Below are positions 20,987 to 29,664 of a stretch of DNA of 64,000 nucleotides, one piece after another. This stretch comes from Candidatus Saccharimonadales bacterium (GTDB taxonomy: Bacteria; Patescibacteriota; Saccharimonadia; Saccharimonadales; Saccharimonadaceae). Where the stretch lies: assembly GCA_039916485.1 (NCBI GenBank), contig JBDSLH010000007.1, forward strand, positions 1,832 through 65,831. Reading direction: 5' to 3'. The position numbers were made by a program, and so were the translations under genes. The first letter of the stretch is position 1; every line of letters starts with the position of its first letter. The notes under the pieces are model-generated. The model had not been told where the DNA came from and did no database searches. It saw nothing but the letters and a program-made list of their open reading frames with translations.

Positions 20987-21216
20987 TTGCTATAGTATAA
21001 CAGATGACAGATATGCCAAATATCCGCCGATATTATGGACCTGGTGGCTCCGTCTCATGGATGGCGCCCGAGGTTCCAAGAATACCCGAACAGATTAAAA
21101 AGCCAACGATAAAGGTACGGCTCAACATGGCATTTGTCGCGTTGCGTTCAATACTAAAGGATATAACGCATATCGACCGACAAGACTACTGAGACTTCAG
21201 CACATTGTATACATGC

Positions 21217-22245
21217 TTACGCTACAATACCGCCGCCGAGCACCCTATCAACCCTGTAAATTACTGCTGATTGTCCTGCGGTAATTGCTCGCTCAGGTTC
21301 CTCAAGTACTAGTGTTTTCCCATGTAATGTCGCTTGCAAAAGCTTCCCACGATGTCGCATCCGTACATGGATCTGCTCACCATCACCAGCTGGTTCGGAT
21401 ATCCAATGAATATCATTTAGCTGTAACTCGGTACGCCACATAGCTTTGTCATTGAGATTTCGACTAACGTAGACAATATTTTGATCCATATCTTTACCAA
21501 CCACATAGTACGGCAGACCTCCACCGAGTCCTAGCCCGTGTCGCTGGCCGATCGTATAAAAAAGTGCACCATCATGGTATCCAAGCTCTTTTTTGGAATC
21601 TTGATCTATCACTTTGCCCGGCTTTACAGCAACATACTGTAGTAAAAAATCTTTTATACTGACTGATCCAACAAAACAAATGCCTTGAGAATCTTTTTTG
21701 TGTGCAGTAGCAAGCGAGCGGGATGCTGCTTGTTTACGCACATCTGGTTTTGTCATAGCTCCTAGTGGAAACAACGTTTTGGTTAATGCATTTCGGGTAA
21801 CACGATACACAAAATATGTTTGATCTTTATCGTGGTCTGCTGCTTTTTGTAGTGTACCCTCCTCAGTCCGTGCATAATGACCGGTAGCGATCATATCAGC
21901 ACCATCAGCTAGTGCTGTCTCGAGGAACAACTGAAATTTAATTTCTTGGTTGCACATAATATCAGGATTTGGCGTCCTGCCTGCTTGATACTCTTTAATC
22001 ATATAATCAACAACTTTTTGTTTGTATTCAGTCTGAAAATCATACACCTTAAATCGAATACCCAGCTTGACTGCAACGCGTTTTGCATCAGCTAAATCCT
22101 CCGCCCACGGACATTTCATACCAGGCAAGTCTTGTGTCCAGTTTTTCATGTATACACCTGTAACGTCATAGCCCTGTTCGACTAGTAACGCTGCAGTCAG
22201 TGAAGAATCCACACCACCGCTCATACCAACAAAGACTTTTGTCAT
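21217..22245 (-). CDS. mnmA: tRNA-specific 2-thiouridylase MnmA
   Basis: PP-loop VGMSGGVDSS, catalytic Cys context KDSQGICFVG. Start set to MTKVFVGMSGG (ATGA overlap with the upstream gene). The ORF-track N-terminal extension to 22347 is rejected. Confidence 0.93.
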   Translation of the reverse strand: MTKVFVGMSGGVDSSLTAALLVEQGYDVTGVYMKNWTQDLPGMKCPWAEDLADAKRVAVKLGIRFKVYDFQTEYKQKVVDYMIKEYQAGRTPNPDIMCNQEIKFQLFLETALADGADMIATGHYARTEEGTLQKAADHDKDQTYFVYRVTRNALTKTLFPLGAMTKPDVRKQAASRSLATAHKKDSQGICFVGSVSIKDFLLQYVAVKPGKVIDQDSKKELGYHDGALFYTIGQRHGLGLGGGLPYYVVGKDMDQNIVYVSRNLNDKAMWRTELQLNDIHWISEPAGDGEQIHVRMRHRGKLLQATLHGKTLVLEEPERAITAGQSAVIYRVDRVLGGGIVA

Positions 22246-22853
22246 ACGATCGATTCCGGAACAACATAAAACAATACAATTTTTGCGAGCTCGCCACCAG
22301 CTAACCACCAGCCAGTTGGTGTCAACCACCAATAATATCGAGACCACTGCCTATCAGAAGCAACTGGATGGTTAATAACCAAGACCGATTCGCCGAGTCG
22401 ACTGCCAAACTCTAGGCTCGCTCGACGCTGATGATAGGCTGAGGTTACTAGAATAATTCGCGATAGGTTGTTTTGCTGAATATAGCGCGCTGTATTAGCC
22501 GCGTTTTCGGCGGTAGTTCGAGAAAACTCTTCTATGGATATAAATGATTCATCCACGCCAAGTTTCATAGCGTACTGCTTCATAGCAAGCGCATTCGAGA
22601 GCCCCGTCTGGTCAGCAGCTGCACCAGAAAATATCATCTGTTTACTCCAGCCAAGTTTAAATAAACGGACGCCCTCTTGCACTCGTGCATTTGTGTCGCC
22701 CCCGCTTACGACGACTATCGCATCTGCCGAAGCACATGTGCCAGCAGCTGGGCCTTCTTCACATTTTGCAAGATCATCCGGTCCCAAGTATTGTGGCAAG
22801 CCGACTGCTATTACAAATATTAGAAATAATGCAAACAATAAGAGTTTCATCAT
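22242..22853 (-). CDS. DUF218 (YdcF/ElyC/SanA-like) protein with signal/anchor
   Basis: AIVVVSGGDTNARVQEGVRLFK...IFSGAA and VTSAYHQRRA motifs of DUF218. Confidence 0.75.
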   Translation of the reverse strand: MMKLLLFALFLIFVIAVGLPQYLGPDDLAKCEEGPAAGTCASADAIVVVSGGDTNARVQEGVRLFKLGWSKQMIFSGAAADQTGLSNALAMKQYAMKLGVDESFISIEEFSRTTAENAANTARYIQQNNLSRIILVTSAYHQRRASLEFGSRLGESVLVINHPVASDRQWSRYYWWLTPTGWWLAGGELAKIVLFYVVPESIV

Positions 22854-24004
22854 AGTGCAAGCTCACGTGTAATAACCTCTACAATGATTGGGATTGCATG
22901 CTCGATTTCATCCTGTGACGTGTACCTGCCCAAACTAAATCTCAGACTACCATCTGCGTGAATGTCATCAAATCCAGCTGCAATCAGGACGTGAGATCGG
23001 AGTCCGCTATTAGCTGCGCAAGCAGACCCAGTTGCCGCTAACACGCCAGATTGATCGAGTGCAAACACCGCACGTTCTCCGTCCAGTCCAGGAACCGAGA
23101 TATGGAGGATATGGGGTGCACGACGTTTATTATGACCGTTAACTATAGCTTCCGTTATCGACGATGTGATACCTGTTTCTAGCATATCTCGAAGTTTTGC
23201 CAGCCGTGTCGATTCGTCTTTACGCATCGCGGTTGCTTGAGATAATGCGTATGCAAATCCAACAGTACCAGCGACATTTTCTGTACCAGCGCGTATAGAG
23301 AGCTCTTGACTACCGCCAGTCACGATCGGGTGGAGGCGCAGACCAGCCTTTACCCATAGCAGACCGACTTGTTTTGGACCGTAGCACTTAGCAGCGTTGA
23401 GTGTCATCATATCAACACCAAGTCGACTGACGGAGCAGTCGATGAGTCCAGAAGCTTGCGATGCATCAGTATGTAACAGTAGTGGTCGCTGTTCCCCGTC
23501 GCGCAATCGACGCTGACGCTCAAAACTTACAACTTCTGAGATATCTTTCAACGGCTGAATTGTTCCAAGCTCGTTATTGATAAATCCGACACTCACAATC
23601 GTTGTGTCTGCTGTAATCGCCTGTCGTACTGCGTCGGCTGTCACCAAACCCTTTTCACTAACAGCTATGTCTTGAAAACCCAGTTCTTTAGCTGTTTCGA
23701 GTACCGCGAGATGCTCAATACCCGCGCAGGCCACATATCCGCCGTATTCTGCAATTATTCCTCGTAGTGCCAGATTAATTGATTCTGACGCACCGGCCGT
23801 AACAATTATTTCGTGTTGTTTTGCACCGATCGCTATCGCAAGATCATGTCGTGCCTGTTCGTAAGCGTTGCGTACAAGAACCGCCGGCTCATATAGAGCT
23901 GAAGGATTATAAAATGCCTCCGAAAAATACGGCTTCATAGCAGAAAACACCTCGTCAGAGACGGGCGTCGCAGCTGCATAATCAAGATAAATTGTCGAAG
24001 CCAT
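22850..24004 (-). CDS. Cysteine desulfurase (class V aminotransferase, NifS/IscS-like)
   Basis: PLP-Lys context MTLNAAKCYGPKQVG and catalytic Cys loop ATGSACAANSG. Same operon as mnmA. Confidence 0.9.
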   Translation of the reverse strand: MASTIYLDYAAATPVSDEVFSAMKPYFSEAFYNPSALYEPAVLVRNAYEQARHDLAIAIGAKQHEIIVTAGASESINLALRGIIAEYGGYVACAGIEHLAVLETAKELGFQDIAVSEKGLVTADAVRQAITADTTIVSVGFINNELGTIQPLKDISEVVSFERQRRLRDGEQRPLLLHTDASQASGLIDCSVSRLGVDMMTLNAAKCYGPKQVGLLWVKAGLRLHPIVTGGSQELSIRAGTENVAGTVGFAYALSQATAMRKDESTRLAKLRDMLETGITSSITEAIVNGHNKRRAPHILHISVPGLDGERAVFALDQSGVLAATGSACAANSGLRSHVLIAAGFDDIHADGSLRFSLGRYTSQDEIEHAIPIIVEVITRELAL

Positions 24005-24008
24005 AGCT

Positions 24009-24446
24009 CTATTGTATCAGAGGTGCAGAGCTACGAGCCGCGGCAAGAGATTGGCCAGTATATGGATCGTACCTATATACATTTCGCATAACCTGTTCGT
24101 AGTACATACGAACTGCGGTTCCAAAGTTTTGTAACTCATCACCCTCGAGATATTGGTAGTGACCACCATCTCGTACTTTTAAGATACCATTGTGGTGAAT
24201 CTCAAAACGTGTCGTACGATTAAGTTTTTTGCCTGATTCGTCTTTCCATTCTTCGTACCATACCCATGTGTGCTCATCCAAGCAGAAAAATTCTCGTGAC
24301 CCATCTTTAGGAACAGGTCCGAAAAGATATCGTCCAATTTCACTTTCGATTTCGATAAGTTCACGCTCAGTCAGTGCACCATTTTTACGCCCAAGATCTT
24401 GAGGCGATCCGGTTAGCAGGGTTTTAATGTTGCTAAATATACCCAT
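24009..24446 (-). CDS. Hypothetical protein
   Basis: Well-formed 145-aa ORF in the operon. No family recognised. Confidence 0.5.
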   Translation of the reverse strand: MGIFSNIKTLLTGSPQDLGRKNGALTERELIEIESEIGRYLFGPVPKDGSREFFCLDEHTWVWYEEWKDESGKKLNRTTRFEIHHNGILKVRDGGHYQYLEGDELQNFGTAVRMYYEQVMRNVYRYDPYTGQSLAAARSSAPLIQ

Positions 24447-24454
24447 GCTAATGC

Positions 24455-24820
24455 CTAAGCTACTTCCTTGTTACGCCAAGAGCTTATATCAATACTGTTC
24501 TGTTTCAAAACTGCATCATTACGCAGTAAAATAATCCTCTGTCCGGCTCCTTCGGTAAAATTTCTAATCTCTGAAGGGTTGAGAGCTCGATTAACTTCTT
24601 GTTTATTGATGCTCGCGGCTTGTAGAGCATCCGCGCTTGCAGACGCCAATGAATCACTATCTACCCCTAGATATGGTGCCTCAACAGCATCGGTGGTTCT
24701 AAAGAAGGCATTTGTAGCTGACTCTGGGTCATATGCCTGTTTTTCAAACCCGGGGACTACTGCCTCAGAGCTAAGATTTGCGATTTGGTCGTTTGCTGAA
24801 AACATTAATAGCCTCTCCAC
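24455..24820 (-). CDS. Hypothetical protein
   Basis: 121-aa ORF. A mirror ORF exists on the plus strand; the minus strand is preferred from operon context. Confidence 0.4.
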   Translation of the reverse strand: MERLLMFSANDQIANLSSEAVVPGFEKQAYDPESATNAFFRTTDAVEAPYLGVDSDSLASASADALQAASINKQEVNRALNPSEIRNFTEGAGQRIILLRNDAVLKQNSIDISSWRNKEVA

Positions 24821-24859
24821 ATAATTATAGTTTGTGGTTGTTAGTTATTTTTGTAGTGT

Positions 24860-25612
24860 TTATATTGAGAAAAGTAGTGTCGCGTTCTGCTCTGTAACCC
24901 TCGAGAGCTCCTGGAGATTGATAGACTGGAGATTCGATATATGTTGGGCGACATGCGTTACAAACGCTGGCTCATTCACATTACCACGTAGTGGCACAGG
25001 TGTCAAGTAGGGAGCGTCTGTTTCTAATAACAAATTATTGAGCGGAATAGCGCCATACATGTCTTGTTTGTCTCGAGCAAAGGTCGAAATACCGTTTACG
25101 CCAATATAAAGACCCCTAGACGTAGCTGCATTAATATTATCTACATTGTCAGTAAAACTATGTAAAACACCTCTCAGGCCCTCGTAATGGTCAAAGATAG
25201 GCCAAAAATCATCAAAAGCCTCTCTTACATGAAAAATTATTGGTAAATTATATGCTTGGGCGAGTTTAATCTGGGCGTGCAGGAGCTCAATTTGTACTTC
25301 TCTAGGAGAATTATCATAAAAATAATCGAGACCGATTTCCCCGATGGCCACGATTTTAGCAATATTATCATCTAAAATGTGCGCCAATGTTTCCACCGCT
25401 TTAACACCAGATGAGGCATCATGAGGATGTATGCCGAGTGATGCCCAGGCTTTATCATGGCTACGAGCAAAATTGACAGCCTCCTCCGAACTCTTAACTT
25501 TTGTGCCAACCACAATCATTCGACCTACACCCACTACGAGCGCTCGCTCATATGCGATTTCACCGTCAATATAGTTTGATTCGTGGATATGGCAATGTGT
25601 ATCAGTAAACAT
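24860..25612 (-). CDS. tatD: TatD-family metal-dependent hydrolase/DNase
   Basis: FTDTHCHIH metal-binding start, GEIGLDY, HSF..., ETDAPYL motifs. Confidence 0.9.
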   Translation of the reverse strand: MFTDTHCHIHESNYIDGEIAYERALVVGVGRMIVVGTKVKSSEEAVNFARSHDKAWASLGIHPHDASSGVKAVETLAHILDDNIAKIVAIGEIGLDYFYDNSPREVQIELLHAQIKLAQAYNLPIIFHVREAFDDFWPIFDHYEGLRGVLHSFTDNVDNINAATSRGLYIGVNGISTFARDKQDMYGAIPLNNLLLETDAPYLTPVPLRGNVNEPAFVTHVAQHISNLQSINLQELSRVTEQNATLLFSI

Positions 25613-25667
25613 AATCCTGTATTATACTGTTTATTTTCTCGACATTATAGCGAATGTTGGTTATTAT

Positions 25668-26531
25668 TCATCTTATCTCGGCGACATTCATCATTTCTTG
25701 AATGATGTCATCGGAGACCTCTTCGTGGAAAACCACTCCATAATTATTTGCAATCTGAATGTAACCTTTTCTATCCAAACCGATTTTTATGTCATCATCA
25801 AAATACATAACATACTCATATGGCACTACTCTTTTGCCTCTCGCAACTTTCAGCTTCGCCAAATCAATAATATTGGTAAATAAGAGATCTGCAGACTCCT
25901 TCGCAGGTTCTAGCAATCCGAAGTGTGCGCGAGTAACAAATGTGAAATACTGTTCAGTAACTTTCTGAAAATTCACTACGCCAATCTCATGAACGTTACG
26001 TTGCAGCCGGAGTACATACCTGTGCCAGATATTAACCTCCAGAAACACTTTCAAGTCAACTATCGTGTCGAATGGCTCCTGCCATGAAAAAAGACCCTCA
26101 ATAATGACAAGTTGCCGACCCAAAGGTCTCCTGGAATAACTCCACGCTAATTCCTTTTTTTCATGAGGTTCATGTTTTTCTAAGGTGTAAGCAAGAAAAT
26201 CTAACGTTTTACCATGTAAAAATTTTTCTAAAACGTCATATGCCTCTTTCAAACGGTAGTTTTCTGGATCATCCCAGCGATAAGGTGACGAATCTTTGCC
26301 AGCCCATTTACGGCCAATTGCAAAATCATCCTGGTGTAAAATGACCGTATCATAGCCATGCTCCAAGCCCCAATCAAGTAACATACCGCCGAGGTAGCTC
26401 TTGCCGCTTGCCGATCCACCGGCTAACGCAACAACATATGTACCTTTTTTGGATTGCTCGATATAATCAGTAATCTTTGTAATATTCATATTCATGATAT
26501 TTTCGGTTTTCATCCATGCCATTTGGTGCAT
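25668..26531 (-). CDS. Uridine kinase/PRK-family P-loop kinase-like protein
   Basis: Walker A VALAGGSASGKSY, HQDDF, VIIEGLF motifs of the Udk/PRK family, plus a ~70-aa C-terminal extension. Start uncertain (several Met at 26489-26531). Confidence 0.6.
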   Translation of the reverse strand: MHQMAWMKTENIMNMNITKITDYIEQSKKGTYVVALAGGSASGKSYLGGMLLDWGLEHGYDTVILHQDDFAIGRKWAGKDSSPYRWDDPENYRLKEAYDVLEKFLHGKTLDFLAYTLEKHEPHEKKELAWSYSRRPLGRQLVIIEGLFSWQEPFDTIVDLKVFLEVNIWHRYVLRLQRNVHEIGVVNFQKVTEQYFTFVTRAHFGLLEPAKESADLLFTNIIDLAKLKVARGKRVVPYEYVMYFDDDIKIGLDRKGYIQIANNYGVVFHEEVSDDIIQEMMNVAEIR

Positions 26532-27435
26532 ACATATCGTATCCTGTGCGTAGCAACAGCCCTAAGACTATATCTGGTGCTTGCCTGAAAAGTGCAGCGT
26601 TTGCCGCATACATATTTCCGTGTACAGTAATAATAAATTTTTTAAAATTTTTAATCTCGTATAAATTCTTTGCTCGCATAAAATCACGCTCATCTTCAGC
26701 TGAATCACTTTTCAAAATTATATATTGAATTTGATCTAAACGCGCCGTATCTGTGCCATAATAGCCGTGTGCATAGTTCTCCATATCCTTTACAGATACG
26801 TTCATACCGGCACCTTCGCGCAACACGATTCCCCACAACTCTGCAGCAAAAGAAACGCCCGCAGCATACAATATAATAGTCTGTTTCTTGGGGTCAAGCT
26901 CCTGCGCTAGGCTGATAATAGTCTCATCCTTGCGTATGGTTGTGGTAATGCCGCCACAAATTTGTTCAATAGCCATTAACGTTGTCAATGGGCTTATAGG
27001 ACGACAAAAAATTTTCTCCTCTTCGGGAGGAATAATTATATTAAGGATAGGCCTGATTGGTGGGGTCTGATTGCCAGAAATTGAAATTGTTGCACAGCCC
27101 TCAATGGCCTTCTCTAGAATAATAAGCGAATCGGCACGATTTAGGCCGTAACTAATTACTACGACTAGATCTGCACTATCTATGTGCTTTACCGCTCTAA
27201 TTGCTTTTGCAGTAGGGAGAAAATAAGTTGGTTTGGCAGGGTATAACTCTTGTAGCCGCGCTGTCAAATACTGTGCTGTAGGCATAGAAGTTCCCGTACC
27301 GGTAACAATAATGCGACGCGACCCCATGACCTGTTTCATAAATCTTTCACGAAAGATGGGAGATATACTTACTAACTCGGTATAATGGTCAATGTCGTTA
27401 ACAAGCTGTAGGAATTTTTTTGTTGAATCATTCAT
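26467..27435 (-). CDS. Double-SIS-domain sugar-phosphate isomerase/deaminase-like protein (GlmS-C/AgaS/FrlB-like)
   Basis: RIIVTGTGTSMPTAQYL and VVVISYGLNRADS (SIS 1), then a second SIS-like half. ~320 aa is typical of stand-alone double-SIS proteins. Confidence 0.7.
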   Translation of the reverse strand: MNDSTKKFLQLVNDIDHYTELVSISPIFRERFMKQVMGSRRIIVTGTGTSMPTAQYLTARLQELYPAKPTYFLPTAKAIRAVKHIDSADLVVVISYGLNRADSLIILEKAIEGCATISISGNQTPPIRPILNIIIPPEEEKIFCRPISPLTTLMAIEQICGGITTTIRKDETIISLAQELDPKKQTIILYAAGVSFAAELWGIVLREGAGMNVSVKDMENYAHGYYGTDTARLDQIQYIILKSDSAEDERDFMRAKNLYEIKNFKKFIITVHGNMYAANAALFRQAPDIVLGLLLRTGYDMYAPNGMDENRKYHEYEYYKDY

Positions 27436-27439
27436 GTAT

Positions 27440-29614
27440 CTATTCTGCTACAAACCTGTTGGCTGTGTCCATGGCAATAATTTTAGAAAAACTATTGTCC
27501 TGTGGCAAAATTTTAACAACACCTACTGCCCCAACAAAGTCAGGGTGAAAGTAATTCGCAATTGGACGAATGCGCTTAGCTGCGTGCCCAATATTGTGTT
27601 TAGCTCCAGCTTTTTGTTGAACGTGGTGCAAGATTACCCGTGTTGGATCAATCTCAACGACGGCAAAATGAACAGACTTTGCACCATAGCTCTTAACCCG
27701 TTCAACGGTTCTTTCAAGTGTCTGTCCGCTATTGGAATTATCTTCACATATAACAACGTGTTGATCCTCGACCGCATCAAGGTTTACAAACACGTCGATC
27801 TCTGATTGGCTTGTACTGATTTCTTTATCTTTTGACCACATCGTTAAACCGTTATGGACCGATATTGGGTAATGAAGAGTCTCAACATCTTTTCCAAACC
27901 GTTTTTTATACAACAGATTGGCTACTTCTGCCAACTCAACCCCTCCGCTTGTAAGACCTACAAGCTTGTCAGTATTAGGGTACTGATCACATAAGTAATT
28001 TGCACGGACGGCAACCAGTAGCGGATTATCTGATTCGGGGTTTTTGAGCTTTGGTTGTATATTGTGGCTCTTACAGACGACAATATAGTTCTCGATAGTA
28101 GGTAATTTGCCCTTTATTTTATCGAGTAACTCTCTTCGGTCATATACAAGTCCCAACATATGACAATACTGGAGCTCAACTGTGTCAGTATATAGCGATT
28201 TGAGAGCTTTTGTCAGATCAGTAGCCCTTACATCTTTAATTTTTTCTGCGTCGTCACGAATAATATTTATTAGAGATAGGTAAGCTGAAAGGACGTTGCC
28301 ACGAAGATTGTCCTCCACTCCCAACACAGCAAGATGGTCATGATCGTTAGCAATCACTGGATTGTCTAGAACAGCCAAGGCTTGCACAACCTCACGCTGA
28401 ATCATTTCCAACTGTGCAGCTGGGTCATGCTTAATCTGATCAATATAATGACGATAGTAAGCTGCTCCCCGGTTTGTACTGTGAACGCCTTCATGACGAG
28501 TGCGATTCTCCGTGTAATAGTCACGCACCGCTAAATCTGAGATGGAATCCATGTCAGGTAGCAAATATGATCCGTTCGCTTCATTTACCATATGTTGATA
28601 ACTCGGTAATCGTGTAAAGGAAAATCCACTCCCCTCCATGAAACGTTCGTGAAAGCTCTGCCATATCTCAGGAACATGGCTCATTACTTCGGCTGTTGCT
28701 TCGTGTGCGACACGATAGACTGTGTCATCGGTGGGGTCAAGAGTTATTGATCTACGATTCGCATCGTGTTCGCCTTCAGAAAGAGACCTATCAACCGAAA
28801 AGCTAATCTGACGCCTATAATTAGGCCTCAAAAGCTCTACGTGATTTTTGACGGAAGCGAAGTCGTTGATTACAACGCTGTCTTGCAACAACGCCGCCCC
28901 TAACGGGGATTTACGGATAGCAGCAGATGTATTACTATAGTCAATCAAAACAGGGGTCATGTCTGTATTTTTAGCAAATAGCAGATCAGCAACCGCATTC
29001 CCTGTATAGACAGATCTTGACGGATCAACATTATGCCCCGTAACATCCTCATAAGCACGTAGCGCTTCCTTTTTTGGCTTGCGATTGCTGCTAGCGCCCA
29101 GGAATACAGCATCATTACGTAAATCAACCCCAGTCTTATCGTTCATGATTGAAAGCACCCGATTACCCGCTGCCTCCGTAGTATTGCTTATTACGCCAAC
29201 ATTGAAATAGTTCCTAACCGCGAAGTTGATGAACTTAACTAAGCGTGGATCAAAATGTACATCTTCAGGACTGATGTCTCTGTGAAGATAGTCTGTAAAT
29301 CCTTGCCAAAAGCTAGGTATACTGCTTGTATCGACAACACCGAGCAACTCCTCCTTCTGTAGGGATCCGTCATACATAGTATCGTGAAGCACTACTGCTT
29401 TTTGACGAGCATCTTTTTCTGACAATGAATAGGAATGATCCTTGATCGACTTATACAATGACCTACGAATAAATATCCCGTCATAGATTGCGATTGTATC
29501 ATCAAGATCAAATAAAAAAATATTTGCCTCACCGAGACGTCGGAGGTTATCACTCGACCCAATGACACTTCCGCGCGATATAAGTGGGCCGTCATTATTT
29601 ATTTCTGACATCAA
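27440..29614 (-). CDS. Three-part fusion: HAD-superfamily phosphatase + unknown helical domain + type I phosphoribosyltransferase
   Basis: HAD motif I FLFDLDDTIA, motif II VGVISNT, motif IV-like YTGNAVADL. C-terminal PRPP-binding loop HVVICEDNSNSGQTLERT. The ~270-aa middle region is unassigned. Confidence 0.7.
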   Translation of the reverse strand: MMSEINNDGPLISRGSVIGSSDNLRRLGEANIFLFDLDDTIAIYDGIFIRRSLYKSIKDHSYSLSEKDARQKAVVLHDTMYDGSLQKEELLGVVDTSSIPSFWQGFTDYLHRDISPEDVHFDPRLVKFINFAVRNYFNVGVISNTTEAAGNRVLSIMNDKTGVDLRNDAVFLGASSNRKPKKEALRAYEDVTGHNVDPSRSVYTGNAVADLLFAKNTDMTPVLIDYSNTSAAIRKSPLGAALLQDSVVINDFASVKNHVELLRPNYRRQISFSVDRSLSEGEHDANRRSITLDPTDDTVYRVAHEATAEVMSHVPEIWQSFHERFMEGSGFSFTRLPSYQHMVNEANGSYLLPDMDSISDLAVRDYYTENRTRHEGVHSTNRGAAYYRHYIDQIKHDPAAQLEMIQREVVQALAVLDNPVIANDHDHLAVLGVEDNLRGNVLSAYLSLINIIRDDAEKIKDVRATDLTKALKSLYTDTVELQYCHMLGLVYDRRELLDKIKGKLPTIENYIVVCKSHNIQPKLKNPESDNPLLVAVRANYLCDQYPNTDKLVGLTSGGVELAEVANLLYKKRFGKDVETLHYPISVHNGLTMWSKDKEISTSQSEIDVFVNLDAVEDQHVVICEDNSNSGQTLERTVERVKSYGAKSVHFAVVEIDPTRVILHHVQQKAGAKHNIGHAAKRIRPIANYFHPDFVGAVGVVKILPQDNSFSKIIAMDTANRFVAE

Positions 29615-29664
29615 GATACCTCATAAAATTATTTTAACATAAAATATGCTAATTAGCAATAATC

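Noticed and set aside
20987-21216. T-box leader or small protein (21004-21192, 62 aa) upstream of alaS
   Set aside because: I found no T-box sequence (…GGGUGGUACCGCG…), specifier-loop architecture or terminator/antiterminator pair on the minus strand, and the alaS promoter sits only 5 nt from the ATG. The plus-strand 62-aa ORF has no SD and lies between two minus-strand genes. Status is unresolved, and it is not reported as a feature.
22246-22347. N-terminal 34-aa extension of MnmA in the ORF track
   Set aside because: The extension overlaps the end of the DUF218 gene and is hydrophobic nonsense. The conserved PP-loop N-terminus begins at MTKVFVGMSGG, whose ATG forms an ATGA overlap with the upstream stop.
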